This document shows, piece after piece, positions 25,456 to 38,478 of a stretch of 64,000 bases of DNA. Numbering within the stretch: position 1 is the first letter of the stretch; every line of letters starts with the position of its first letter. Source of the DNA: Eledone cirrhosa (taxonomy: Eukaryota); contig OZ024742.1 of assembly GCA_964016885.1 (NCBI GenBank), forward strand, positions 271,870,001 through 271,934,000. The letters are read 5' to 3'. The notes beneath the pieces are model-generated. The model did no database searches. It was not told the origin of the DNA and saw nothing but the letters and a program-made list of their open reading frames with translations. A program made the position numbers and the translations under genes.

Positions 25456-25463
<8 letters not shown>
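25237..25463. repeat. ~227-bp fold-back palindrome centred on GTACAT|GTAC
   Basis: AAGCTTTCACCGTATTTTAGACTAAAG ... CTTTAGTCTAAAATACGGTGAAAGCTT; no spacer. Confidence 0.95.
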
Positions 25464-25486
<23 letters not shown>

Positions 25487-25947
25487 GCAAAGAAATAAAT
25501 CACCAAATTTAACAGCTTATATATTATTTATTTGATAACCACGTGTATCAATACCCTTGGCTATTACATTCAATATCATTATAAACAAATCGTCAAGTCA
25601 ATTATATATACCACATAAAACGTGTCTCTCTTCCCATTTGTGTCCTCCTTAACCGCATGCTTTCGGGCGTATATTTGAAACAAAATGTTTTCTAAGGTTG
25701 TGGATGTGTAGAATTGCTAAATAAATAAACCTTACTTTTGACAATGCCTTTATTTACCACCAGTCCTATTCTGATGTTAATATAATCTATGTCTGTCATT
25801 AGTGCAACTATATAACTATTTATACACATTTTTTTCTCAGTACATAGACTTTTAGCGTTAATTTTATTACGTTAGCTATACATACCGGTTCATTTACTAA
25901 TACTTATTTTCACATGTAGCGGACCGTACATGTATGGAGCCTCACGT

Positions 25948-26047
<100 letters not shown>

Positions 26048-26049
26048 TA

Positions 26050-26414
26050 GTTAAGCAAAACAAGACCACACATTTCACAAGGAAGACAATATTAAAATAT
26101 TGTCAACATAGTTTTAGTTTAATGTAAGGAATGTAGGGAATAATAATAATAATAATAATATTAATAATGTCCGTTTATTAATAATGTCTTCCTTGTGAAA
26201 TGTGTGGTCTTGTTTTGCTTAATTAATGAATATTTCCAGCTCTGTGCAACTAACCTCTGCATGAACCCAGCCACCTAGCTTCCTTCCACTGCATATTGCA
26301 CATTGAGCACACGCCTTTACGCTTTGGCTTCTAACTAATTCAGAAATCTCTCTTCTCCTCTCCTATCTCCTCTCCTATCTCCATCTCTCTCTTTAAGATT
26401 GGTTACTCTTGAAC

Positions 26415-26420
<6 letters not shown>
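26050..26420. repeat. Dispersed repeat related to 31340-31600, with internal inversion
   Basis: 26050-26130 matches 31515-31600 directly; 26180-26400 is the reverse complement of ~31350-31555. Confidence 0.8.
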
Positions 26421-26508
<88 letters not shown>

Positions 26509-26809
26509 AATCGTTCTCTTAATTGTATAATAAATACCCGGGTTTATTCCTTAGGATCTTCTGCAGGTGATATGGTGGACGTTTGCGATTTTCATAGCAT
26601 GACATCTATATTTTTGTTAGTTATATAAATATGCTCCTAAATATTAATTTAATATATATCTTATATTATTTTCTGATATTGCTAGCTGTCGATAGACCTA
26701 TTCACGTCAGTGGGACAACTATAAAACACAGTAGTCTTTTTTTTCCAACTCCATATGATTTTTCGACAGTCCCTGATTCGTCTCAACTGTGTAAGTTCAT
26801 GAGTTCGAT

Positions 26810-27275
26810 GTCTCTCCTTCACTGATGATCAACAATTGACTATTGAACTTCCAAGTATGAATAATTATTGCCAGGTGTCTATATTTTAAGCTTGTGTTAA
26901 ATTTTAAGATGCTATCTTTTGTCACTATATGTTCTTATCTTCCTTACAAATTATCTTCTTTTAATATTTGATATATTTATTTATATATATGTCAATGGCT
27001 CTTTTAATTATTTATATATATATGATATTTTTTTTGTAAACGCTTGACATATATACATAAATATATCAAAGATTAACAGGAGATAATTTGTAATGAATGT
27101 AAGAACATACCATTCCAAATGTCGCGTATTTAAATTTAACAAAATTGTAAATACATGAAGTTTTGTAATTATTCATATCCTCTCAGACATATTCAATTAT
27201 TGCCTAAGAATATGTTTCAGCAATCAAATGGTGTAGGTCAATAACCAATTCATGCATGATCAGTGAGAGGTAGGT
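26810..27275. repeat. Old degenerate fold-back centred near 27015
   Basis: ATGTTCTTA..TTACAAATTATCT..TTTGATATATTTAT..ATATATGTCAA vs TTGACATATAT..ATAAATATATCAAA..AGATAATTTGTAA..TAAGAACAT; outer CACTGATGATC/GATCAGTG. Confidence 0.6.
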
Positions 27276-27739
27276 GGAAAAATGAATCACGCGACTAATA
27301 CAAACCGGTACTGAAGAAAAACGGCAAGCGTTTTTATTTTTTTTATTCATAATAAATGCTTAGAATATTCCTTAGAAACTCTCTTAAAGCTTTCCTTACA
27401 GGTGATATGAGGCTAGTCTGGATTTTTCTTTAGACATGAAATCCTTATTTTTGTTAGTAATATATATACCCCTAAATATTTTTTTAGAAGAGCATTATAT
27501 AGTTGAAATGTTTCTTCTATATCCTCTTTCTTCTAGCTATCACTATAACTTTTGCGTCAGCGAGAAAATGTTTGGACGTCGTGGTTTAAAACCACTTCCT
27601 TTAGAATAGATAACAGCAAAACAAATAAAATAATCCTCAGATAATAATATTAGTAACCAACTAATTGACACTATGAATAACATACAAATTACATCTAATT
27701 CTATAAACATTATTGGCACCCGTAGCAACAGTATTATTC

Positions 27740-28060
27740 CATTTAATAATATTATCATAAGATCTAAAATCCCTCATGCTAACTATATAATTAATCCAAA
27801 TTGTAACTGTATAAATAAACCACGTAGCCACAATTTCTTAACTGATAATATAGTATATGGTTGCACTATTATCACCTCTCGACAGTTTAAAATTTACATA
27901 GATTTAAATAAAGATTGAATTCCCATCTTTATTATTTTAAAAAACCTAATTTTAAATACATACCATCATTAGCTAGATTTATCTGGGAATTAAAAAGACT
28001 AAATAACACACTATATACATATACCCTTTTAAATAAGAAATCATAATTCTTTTCCACTGA
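27740..28060 (+). pseudogene. Decayed PLE GIY-YIG fragment
   Basis: 'NCNCINKP...LTDNIVYGCTI....KIYI' then 'FKK..F...SLARFIWELK'. Confidence 0.6.
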
Positions 28061-28526
28061 CCCCATAGAAACCTACAATTGTTTAACTTTTACAAACCCG
28101 GCAATGTCAATTTACAACATTTTACTTCAAATAATGCTTACCATTATACTGAATCCTTATGAATGTTTATATAGACTAGATGACACAATTTGTTTAATAA
28201 TAATAAATAATTACATAGCATTGCTGCTGGGGATGTTTCACACGATTCGGTGCCATATGTTCAATAAGTACATACGATAAATATATATTTCATAGCCATT
28301 TGACATTATAGCTTGTAAATTCAACTATGTATGTATACAACTTGTACTTACATTTATGTTAAGTACATTGTATTGTAATAATCTGTAGTTAGATTATACA
28401 TATATTGTAAAATTCACTAATATATTATTAACAAGATATTAATTAATTCAATATAATGGATTACCTTGTTTCATCCTACTTCCTTTGGGTTTGAACTTAA
28501 TACATTTTATATCATTATAACGTATT

Positions 28527-28712
28527 AAGTGGATTGGCAGTATCAGTAGAGAGTCGGACGCCATGCTTTTACGCCAAGAGTTACGTCCATTTACGATCTG
28601 ACTTAAAATCCCGCCGAGGTTAACTTTGCATTTCCTCCTTACGGGGTGGATAAAATAAAGTACCAGTAATGTACTGTGTAATTGCTGGCCTTGTGCCAAA
28701 TGTAGAAACAAT
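28527..28712 (+). mobile_element. tRNA-derived SINE (short variant)
   Basis: GTGGATTGGCAGTATC..GTCGGACGCCATGC..AAATCCCGCCGAGGTTAACTTTGC..GTACCAG..CTGGCCTTGTGCC. Confidence 0.9.
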
Positions 28713-29039
28713 AATAATGTATTAAGCTTCTTAAATATCTCACACACTTATATGGCTTTGCCATATACAAAATATTCTTTAGATAAATTTAAATGCTTAA
28801 CATATATTAATTCAAATATGTAGATAATGTAAAATTAATACTGACCATTGTAACTATAACATCGGTTAAACTCATGAAATTAACTCCCTGCTACATTGGA
28901 AATAATATTCTGAAAGACGTAAATATATATATTTTTGTAAATATCAATAGATTACATAATTCCTTGTGAGGCACCGTCAAACGACATGCCTAGGGCAATT
29001 TTAAACCTGACGGAATCCAACCATCTCCGTGTCTGAACA

Positions 29040-29200
29040 CAGTCGATTTTTTCTATAGAGGAGAATCGACCCCAGTACTGGACTGGTAGTTTTTTCAATC
29101 AAACTCGAAAGTTTGAACTGCAAAGTTGACTCTGGTGAGATTTGAACACAGATGGTCCAATGAGGTGGGACGAATACCATACCACTTTCTATCCGACGAA
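29040..29200 (-). mobile_element. Degenerate SINE copy
   Basis: ATCGACCCCAGTAC..CTGGTA..CAAAGTTGACTCTGG..GATTTGAAC. Confidence 0.6.
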
Positions 29201-29314
29201 TACCATACCACTTTTTTTTTCTCTCTCTTTTTCTTTTTTTCTTTTTCTTTGTTTATTACTCATGTTGTGATTTGAATTTTCCTAGTATGTTACAAACGCC
29301 GTCTATAATTTTAA

Positions 29315-29429
29315 ACAGTTTTTCTGATGATTTGATTAAGCATACTTTGTATTTAAAATTGAGTGACACAACTTCAAGTGAATAGAAATTTTTAGACAAC
29401 TCAATCAATGAAACAATAGTTAATACTGT
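29315..29429 (+). ncRNA. Type I hammerhead ribozyme with 79-nt stem II (long-stem family, copy 1)
   Basis: ACAGTTTTT-CTGATGA(29324-30)-T TTGATT...AATCAA T-GAAAC(29410-14)-AATA-GTT-AATACTGT. Core intact. Confidence 0.75.
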
Positions 29430-29653
29430 AAATAAAACTCTTTTTGTACTATTGACCATGGTATTATTCACTCTTTCACTATATATAAATATATATATAT
29501 ATACACGAGTGTGTATGATTGTGTATAGAAGATTATATTAATAAAAGGTATTACAACTTTGTCTGATTTACTCGTTTTATTTACAATCCTTTAAAATTTA
29601 TAATGGTATTAGAATGAAATAGTATGGTAGAATATTAAATGTTAATTGTTAAT

Positions 29654-29692
29654 TGAACAAGTACTTTCATGCTTTCGCAATCTTCAGGTTCA
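29654..29692 (-). ncRNA. Minimal type I hammerhead ribozyme in a PLE 3' region
   Basis: Minus strand reads TGAAC-CTGAAGA-T TGC GAAA GCA T-GAAA-GTAC-TT-GTTCA. Perfect 5-bp stem I, GAAA-capped stem II, palindromic stem III (AAGTACTT), CUU site. Confidence 0.85.
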
Positions 29693-29994
29693 TATTGTGT
29701 GGTGACAGTCAAGTTTGCAATTTTCAACTGTAATGATATTGGTAAAATGTGGGCCTTATATACAGTGAAAAGTGTCCCCAGAATGCTAAATCTTGCAAAC
29801 TGTATTTCGACCAATCGGTGTGTAGTTTCACTGGATTACTAAAGCTGATTGGTTTAGGCGTCACGGTTGGTTGGACATATCTAACGACTACTAATTGACC
29901 CTATCCAAAGCATCAATTGTTTTGCTATTTTTAGAAATGATGAAAATAGCATTTTCTAGTAGACATCACCATCAATATCACTTTTATTATTCTT

Positions 29995-30027
<33 letters not shown>

Positions 30028-30069
30028 AGTGGTCGTAGTCATAGTCAAAGTAGGATTAATACCCCATTA

Positions 30070-30265
30070 TTATTGTTCATTTAGCTTGGGTTTGAATTTA
30101 TCAATAAAATTATTTTCTTTGATTTTTCTCTTGATTTCATTTGGGCTGTGTAATTTGTAGAATGGGAATATTATAAAAATTCCCTGATCACATGTTGCTA
30201 GATGGTTACTTAGGGGTATCTGACGGATATTTGGTTCTCTGATTTTCTGTCGGTGTACCCGTACA
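30070..30265 (-). pseudogene. PLE GIY-YIG endonuclease C-terminal fragment
   Basis: 'RVHRQKIREP...PLSNHLATC..IIFPFYKL....RKIKENNFIDKFKPKLN*', similar to the C-terminus of the 60.4-62.6 kb element. Confidence 0.85.
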
Positions 30266-31164
30266 TCCATATCACCAAGATGGGGCAGAAATATCTACAA
30301 ACATTACCAATTATCATGTCAGCCCATAAATCAATCTAGCATTTGCTGTTATTTATTCTTTTGGACCAAAACAATTATATCTACATATCTCACATTAGCA
30401 CCCATGATCTCTAACAGATGCACTTAATTCTAAGTACATTAGCTTATTACCCTTACACTCCTTGAATCTCTTATTTTCTCATTATTACTATTATGATCAA
30501 TGTACCCTATCCCTAATTATATTCATAATGTTCTCTATCTATTTACCATGCATATTTTATTGTTGATTTATTGTCTTAATTATACGTTATTTGTCATCGA
30601 AGTTGTGAAAACTAAACATCCATGATTCGAACTAACAATCCCAACATTTAAAATAAGCCACCTAAACCTTAAAATACTGATTCTACAATTTCACTTAATA
30701 CTAACTAATAACCATATATCTTTATACACTCACTCGATCAATATAACTAAGTTAATACAACGAAAATACTTATCTGTCAGACGATAAATCAATCTCCGGT
30801 TTATTGCTAGCGTGCCTTTAGACCCACAGCACACTTGTATATAGATCACTCATAATTGCACTTAAAGGGGTAGATTAAAAAAATCTGACTCTGGGTACAT
30901 TTTATTAGTTATCTCTTCATCCCTCAAAAAACTACGTCTAAGTAACCTATAGTAGATTTCACATGTCAACTTCATATATCTATATCATATCACTTCGGTT
31001 ACTATGCTTGTTTTATTATGTTATCATTATATTCTATTTCTCACTTATATTGATGTGTAATTTAACTATTCAGTATCTAGTTATTTTCTTATTGATATTA
31101 TTGTTCTGGTCTAATACCACTCCTCTATAAAAGCCATGCTTGTAGATTATCCTCATATTCGCTC

Positions 31165-31271
31165 GCTCTGATGAATTAACTGGTTATAAACAAAGTATTG
31201 GAGTTCGATTGACGCAACAACTAGCGATTAGCGAACTCTAGACCTAACAGATCAAAGAAACAAATGTCAGC
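31165..31271 (+). ncRNA. Type I hammerhead ribozyme with 82-nt stem II (long-stem family, copy 2)
   Basis: GCT-CTGATGA(31168-74)-[..CTGGTTA..GAGTTCG..CGC loop GCG..CGAACTC..TAACAG..]-GAAAC(31257-61)-AAAT-GTC-AGC. Canonical core and GUC site. Confidence 0.8.
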
Positions 31272-31624
31272 ACTGTGAATAAGGCCCTTATTGTACAGAC
31301 AACCATGTAACTCTTATCTCTTGAATTATATATATATATATACAGTTCAGTAGTAAAATAGAGATGGAGATAAGAGAGGAGAAGATAGATTGGTGAATTT
31401 GTTAGAAGCCAAAAGCGTAAAGGCATGTGCTCAATGTGCAATATGCAGTGGAAGGCAGGGCGATGTCTGGGTTCATGCAGAGATTAGGGGCAAAGAGCTG
31501 GAAATATTCAGTATTTAAGCAAAACGAAATCACAAATTTCACAAGGAAGACATTGTTTAAAGATTGTAAACATAGTTGCAGTTTATTGTAAGGAATGACG
31601 AGTGTAAATATATTTTAATGTAAG

Positions 31625-31666
<42 letters not shown>

Positions 31667-31932
31667 TAATAATAATAATGTTTTCTTTATTAACCACAAG
31701 GGTTTACATAAAGTAGACATTAAGGACAGTACATGACAATACAGGACGGTACAAATGGGCATTTCTGCGTGTAAAAAACAAAAACAGAGGATGTAACAAA
31801 AAAAAAAAACAATGACAAATTCTCCAATAGGGGGCAGACTTTGGAGGGACATTTGTGGAGAAAGCCCAGTAAAAGGCCACAGTGACCCTGACCACCAGAG
31901 CAAGTGCCCTCTCCCAGTTTTCCACCTTTAAT

Positions 31933-34900
31933 TTACAGACACATACTCAGAGAAGGCCCATTCATTCGGGCCATACTTGCTTCTCTCACCCATCTTTCAA
32001 CAAAATGCTGGGAAAAGAGCACTTCCCTCTCTACCCTGATTTTCCTTTTCAAATGAAATTTGAAAAAGTTAATCAGGGCATCACCGAAGAGGTAAGTGTT
32101 CGTCTTCAGCCCTTTCAAACGTGTCCACCATACTATCTCTTTCGCCATGGCCACCAGATAGATAAAAACTGCCTGCCCTTCCCGGCTAAGGGAAGAGGGC
32201 GGGGCAATCCTCACGATGGACTAAGATGATAGCTGGATCTGTCCTACACGTGACAGCAGGTGTTCGACATAAACCCACAAGTCAGCAATGCTCGGACACT
32301 GGACGAGTGCGTGTAGGACGGTTTCGTCGCCCTGCGCGCATCTCGGACATAGTCGGCTGAAGGCAACTCCATGCCTGTAGAGGTTATCCCGAACTGGCAA
32401 AGCTCCCCGGTAGCACTGCCAGGCCAGGGATTTCTGGAAGTTGTCCATTGGCCCCGGCCCGAAAGTCCTTCCGAAGAGATTGGCTAGTTGATTTTCGTCG
32501 ACGCCTATTGTTTCCCCAAGTACGTCGTCGCTCTTCCCCTCCACTAATCTTCTATAGAACGCCAAGGTGGAGTTTCCACCGATCACATTGCCCGATTGGT
32601 CGAGGGCTGTGAGCGCCTGAAGACATTCCAGTCTCCAAGCGCTCCCTCTCGGTCTTCGCTTGACCCAAACTGCAGCTCCCTCAAGGAGACGAGCTGGGGA
32701 AAGACGTGTCTAGCAAACGGCGACCACACCTGATCACCGTCGAGGAAGAGGTGGAGATGTCGTAGCCTGATCGCGTGTCTGCGCATCATCAGCAACGGCA
32801 GGCCCAGCTCTCCACGTAGCGGGTGTTGACAGCAGATGGACCGCCTGACCATCGGAGCGCGTCCCTTCCACAAAAAGCGAAAGAGCAAACGCTCCAGCGC
32901 AGTTAGGCGGGGCTTAGGGCAAGGTAATACGCTCAGGCGGTAGTAGATGACGGACGTGATGTACGCGTTAGCCACCTCCGCTCGACCTTTCAGGGATAGC
33001 TTCCTCTCGGCCCATTTCTGGGTGAGAGAAGCCACCCATCTCGTCACCTCGTCCCAGTTATTGTCCGTCTGGAGGTCTGGACCGAACCAGACCCCGAGCA
33101 ATTTAACCGGTCCGTCCGCCCAGCGCCCCACGACGCTGTTGGACGGCATCGACCTGCCTCTCCAGGTGCCGAGCTGCAGGCTCACTGACTTTTCCTGGTT
33201 GATCATTGCTCCTGTCACCGCTTCGTATTCTCTTAGTGTAGTGCCGATCGCCTCGATGTGTTTGGCGTTCGACACCACTACGGTGACAGCGTCGGCATAT
33301 GCTGACACGGATCTTCCGCATCCTAGTTCGCGCGGGACCCTCCTCAACGTCTCCAGTTTGTGCAGTAATGGCTCGAGAGTCAATACGTACAAGAGGGACC
33401 AGAGGGGACATGCTTGGCGGACCGAGCGCATGATGTTGAACGGTTCCGAAAGGTGACCGTTCACTCTCACCACAGAGCAGATGTCGCTATGCATGGCAGC
33501 GATCCAGCCTCTGAAGACGGGCCCAACGCCAGCCGCCCTCAGGACTGCCGCTAGGTAACGATGGTCGATCCTATCGAAAGCTTTCGACTGATCTAAATTG
33601 ATCAATAACCCACCCGCGCCAGGTTCCCTAGCTACCCTCTCTACGATGTATCGCCAGAGGTGGAGGTTGTCGTGGATGGATCTGACGGGAATGAGGCATG
33701 CCTGCGCTTCTCGCACCAGACCACCAACGACAAGCGCCAACCTCTTTGCTAGCACCTTGGCCAAAATCTTAAACTCTGTGTTTAGCAGAGTTATGGGCCT
33801 AAAATTATCTATGTTATCCCCCTTGTTCGGATCCTTTCTCAGCAGAAATTGGTTCTTGACCAATTCTTCAATGCAAACACGAAGGCTGCGGAATTCTCCC
33901 GTTCTGTGGCCAGTTGCAGTAGACGTCAGCCAACAGGCCTCCGAACAAGTCTGGCATCTGTACGTGAAGTTCATAGGGCCGACCATCTAAACCAGACGAT
34001 TTACGTTTTGTGCAGCTAGTCATTGCCTCCCGTACTTCAGCGGCTGTTATCGGCTATTAACAATTCTCCGCCTCAGTGGCCGAGTGCCGCGGCAATCCAT
34101 CGAGGTAGACACTAAAGTCCATCCCACGACCGGCCCGCCGCTGCACCAGAACAACTGAGCGAAGTGTCGCTGAAAAGCTTCACGCATTTGCCCGGAATCG
34201 AGTAGCATGCTCCCGTCGTGGTACACCAAAGACCGGATCGTCGCTTTGTTGTCACGATGCGCCACCGCCACTCGGGCCCATTGAACGGCTTTCGTCCCCT
34301 CGTGTCTGAGAGCACGCACCCTAGCTCTGACAACGCAGCCTTCGTGTTTGCATTGAAGAATTGGTCAAGGGCCAATTTCGCCGCAAGCACGTCGGTTGCG
34401 ATGCCTTTGCTAAGCGCCTCGTCTAATTTTCTAACTAATTCTCCCTCTCCTTTATTTTTCTCTATTGCTAAAGCCTTACTAAACCTAATGGACTCTATTC
34501 TAATCGCTCACTTCAGAGCAAATCACCACTTGTTGTTGACGATGTCCCCCGTCAACGCCCGCTTAAGTAGTTCGCTAATCTGGTCTCTGTAGGCCTTGCA
34601 CGCTGGTAAGGACTCTTTTAGTTTCCATTCGCCGGATCCTCGTCTATGAAGCCTATCTAAGTCAAGCACACAGATCACGAATTTGTGGTCCGTGTAGCTG
34701 ACTATCTTGAATTGTGGACAGCCTATGCTAGACCTATCCATTTCCCTACAAAATACTCTATCTAGATATGATCTGGATGATCCTATGCGATTTGTCCAAT
34801 TCCTCATTGGCTCATTCGGGAAATCCAGTCGGTACCTGTCAGACAGTTCAAAACGCCTGAGCAGGTTGGTGAGGCTCTTGCACCCTCCTCCCCAATCCGC

Positions 34901-35364
34901 TAATCCCACACAGTCCCAGCGTTCATCTAAGATCCCGTTCCAGTCGCCCACTAACACTAAAGAGTGGGACGTTCCAAGAAAGTTCTCCAGAGGCCGGAAG
35001 AAATCAGGACGCCCTGATCCTGTAAGGGCATAGACAGCCACTAGCCTGAAAGCTTGCTCGTCTCCGCTGGTCACGTCCAGCACCACCAACTTACCCTCTG
35101 GGTCCAGGAAGATGGCCCGTATGGCGAGATCCAAACCTCTCCGAAAAAGCACAGCAACTCCTCCCCCCGATCCCGGACGGCTGGGAGATGCGTACACACG
35201 TAGCCGCCGAAGATCGGTGCGAAGGCCCGTGCTTCGGATATTCTGGTCTCGTTGATGGCCACTACATCTATGTTTAGTGACCTGAGGTCGTTGAGAAGGT
35301 GGCCCTGCTTCCATGACGACCCCAAGCCACGCGCATTTATGCTGCCTATTCTGAGTGAGGTCAT
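31933..35364 (-). pseudogene. LINE ORF2: AP endonuclease, reverse transcriptase and zinc finger, with several frameshifts
   Basis: SINARGL, INET, GGGVAVL, LVGDWN, SYLDRV, TDHK (APE); NFRPITLLNTEFKILAK, LDQSKAFDRI, VRQACPL, AYADAV (RT); CPRC....ET..HAL..C. Confidence 0.93.
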
Positions 35365-35500
35365 GTTGAAATGGAGTGTAAAAGATGGGAAAGACCACTT
35401 ACCTTACTTCTCGTAGAGGAAGGATGGTGTGTTCATCTTTTTCACTTCTTGTGGCCTCCTCCGGAAGGATCGCCTCATAAATCCTCCTGGAGAGTGTTTG

Positions 35501-37375
35501 TCAGAAGTCTCCGATGTCTTTGGGGAATTTTTGTTTTAGTGTCGTGTACGTTTTCTCTGTGATGCGAGTGATTTGTATGTGTGAAGGTGGTGTGAACTTT
35601 TGGGTTGTGTAGTCTTTTTCTGTGATGATGGTATTGTGTTGCATGTAGTGTAATAATTGGTTGTTGTTCAAATTTAATGCTGTGTAGTGTGTATCGCTTT
35701 GGTTGTTTTGCTTTGTTTGCGTTTGTTGTGGGTTTGTTTCTGTTACGATTTTTGGTGACTTTTGTGGTGTGTGTGATGCTGGTGTTGGGTTTAATGATGG
35801 TGATGGTGTTGGTGTTTGGGTTGATGGGGTTGGTGATGCTAGTGTGGATGGTGGCATAACTGTCTTAACTTTCTTGTTTGCTAATTTATTTGTTTCCCTC
35901 TGTATTTTGTTTTTGGAGGGGGAGGGAAGAGAATTTTTTCTTTTTTGGTTTATTCTTTTCTTTTTCCCTGATACCGTTTCCCACTCCTCGTCGTCACAAT
36001 CAGCCTCCAGTTGCAATGAGCCGGGGAGTGGAAAATCCTCCACAGGCGTTGGTTTTGGTTGTGGCGTGGTGGATGGTGTAGGCGCTGGCGCTAGTTCTGG
36101 CGCGTTGGGTGGTGGTCGTGTTGGTTTTGCTACTGTTGCTGGGGTTGTTGCTGCTACAGTTGCTTCTGCTGTTGCTGCTACATTTGTTGCTGCTATTTCT
36201 GCTGCTGGTGGTGTTGATGGTTGAGTCACTGGGGTGGGTAAGAGAGGTGGGCTCAACCTTTTAGCCTGCGGGCAAAAAGCCCTTAGGTGGGTTCCTTCAC
36301 CAACAACGTCACACCTAGGTCTTCTGCCTTCGACGATTAGGGTGAGGTGGCTGCCGTCAGTGAGGTCTATTACTTCTGGGATCTCTTGGATCAGGAGCTC
36401 CATCCCAGATCCGGACCAGTTCTCCTGCTTTTCTTTTGCTATTTCTATTATTTTGGTGGTGGCCTCGATGCCGGCGAGGACGGCAGCCATTAGCCAGGGA
36501 ATTTCGATGGCCGGTGGAACGTGGGTCACCCTGATCTTCACAAGTCTCTGGCCACAATAGCTTGGGATGAGTGTGAAGTCGTCACTTCTTAATGGGGCCA
36601 TAGAGTGTTCTCTGTCCTCCAGTGGTGTTTCAAAGAACACGTCCACGGTTCCCTACTTCTACCCACGTCTGATGTGGGTCTTTTTTGCCCACACATGTCC
36701 CAAAGCTTTTTGGATTTGGGACTCAGATGCCCGTTCCACTCGGCGTGATTTTATGTTTATTGTCCGATAAGACACGGTGCATAGGCGACATTGCTCCATT
36801 TTATTAGGTGTGGGGGGGGGGCTGACTCTGTACCCATCTTCCTTTACCATTCCTTTGGCTTCGTCTAATTCTTCCTGAGTTACCTGGATCGCTTCGCACG
36901 TTTTTGCTACTCTGGCAAAACTCAGGGTAGTTTTCTTAATTTCATTGTTGCTGCTGTTGTTATCGTTATTTTTGCTATTGTTAATTTTAGTTTCAGCTGT
37001 GGTCGTGCTGGCATTAGTTGTGTTCGGTGTGGAAGTGTTCATTTTGGTTGAATTGATTTCGATATCATGAGTTAATTTTTTTTCTTTTGTTTCTGTTGTC
37101 GTTGTGGTGGTGGTGGGGATGGTGGTTGTCGCGGTGGTGCTGGTGAGGGTGGTGGGAGTCGCGGTGGTGGTGGTGGTGGTGGCGGCTTTAACACTTGCAG
37201 TCATTGGTAATGGCGGGAAATGAACATATGCCTGAGACAAATTTAAAATATCGCTACCGCTTACAATTCCGGTGTTGGCAAACGTAGCAATATTTACAAT
37301 GTTGGTGTCGGTGTGAAGTGTTGGATTGTGAGGAAGGAGTGAATCTGAGTCATCCATTATTTTTAAAGAAAACAT
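35501..37375 (-). pseudogene. LINE ORF1, split by a frameshift near 36650
   Basis: Two consecutive ORFs (37375-36659, 36646-35501) upstream of ORF2. Degenerate knuckle 'GRRPRCDVVGEGTHLRAFCP', Thr/Pro-rich tracts; homologues at 3.1-3.6 kb and 41.4-42.8 kb. Confidence 0.8.
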
Positions 37376-37572
37376 TTTTTGATTGATAATTATAAAAAGT
37401 TAAATTTTGGGCTCAAGGCCCGAATATTTTTGAGTGTCCTTTTCAGAAATCATTGTATGTGCACTTATATATAGTTAACAATAACAATTTTCCATAAATG
37501 GCAATTTTAAATAACTGAAAATAACAAACCTTTGCGGAGCTCACGATGATACGATTTACTACGTAGGTCGCA

Positions 37573-37585
37573 AATAATAATAATG

Positions 37586-37645
<60 letters not shown>
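37573..37645. repeat. (TAA)n microsatellite
   Basis: Directly visible. Confidence 0.95.
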
Positions 37646-37646
<1 letters not shown>

Positions 37647-37649
37647 CAA

Positions 37650-38446
37650 TGAGAAAGAGCAGCCTCCATGAAAATTCCCTTCATAATAACTTCTTTGAGA
37701 AAACTGAATTCAGAGATCCGCAGACATGGAACTGGTTGAAAAGAGGAGACCTTAAAAAGGCTACAGAATGAATGCTAATGGCTGCGCAAGAGCAGGCCCT
37801 CAACACGAAGTGGTTGAAACACCATATTTACAAGGAGGAGGCTAGCCCACTGTGCAGGATCTGTGGAGACAGAGAGGAGACTGTGGCTCACATTGTATCC
37901 GAGTTTAAACACCTAGCCCAGACTCACTATAAAGGCTGGAGACATGATGTGACGAGCAGGGTGATCCACTGGCACCTATGCAAAGTAAACAATTTACCAC
38001 ATACTGAGAAGTGGTATCACCATTAGCCAGAGTCGGTGATAGAAAACGATCAGGTGGAGGTGCTTTGTGATTTTAGGATACAGACGGATAAGAAACTGGA
38101 ACACAATAGATCTGACCTGGTGGTTTCGGACAAGGAAAAAAGATCGTGCCTGATTGTGGATGTGGCCTGCCCATTCGACACGAGAGTGCAAGAGAAGGAG
38201 AGGGAGAAAATTAACCGATACCAGGACTTAAAGTGGGAGGTAAAAAGGATTTGCAACTGCCATGAAGTCAAAGTGCACTAGGTACTATCTCAAACGTTTC
38301 CAGAGATGGTTAAAGAAAATTGGCCCCACCACGATTTTTGGAACCCTCCGATACGTCCTGAATATCTGAGGCTGCAGGTAGTGGCTTGATATTCATTTCA
38401 ACAAACTTTCCAGTTAACTAACATCAATGACTGAGACTCAAACAAC

Positions 38447-38447
<1 letters not shown>
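37650..38447 (+). mobile_element. 3' fragment of an R4/Dong-like RLE LINE bounded by (TAA)n on both sides
   Basis: WLKRGDLKKATE, AAQEQALNT, CRICG..EETVAHIVS, RHD, DF.IQTDK..HNRSDLVV, IVDVACP, EKINRYQDL. Confidence 0.92.

Positions 38448-38477
<30 letters not shown>

Positions 38478-38478
<1 letters not shown>

Larger units (their letters stand above)
31680..37440 (-). mobile_element. Near full-length Tx1/L1-clade LINE with a (TTA)n 3' boundary
   Basis: Short 5' UTR, ORF1, ORF2 (APE-RT-CCHC) and a 3' UTR with AATAAA running into the (TAA)n tract at 31627-31680. Confidence 0.93.

Noticed and set aside
32947-36560. Plus-strand ORFs of 108-173 aa
   Set aside because: Antisense shadows of GC-richer LINE ORF1/ORF2.
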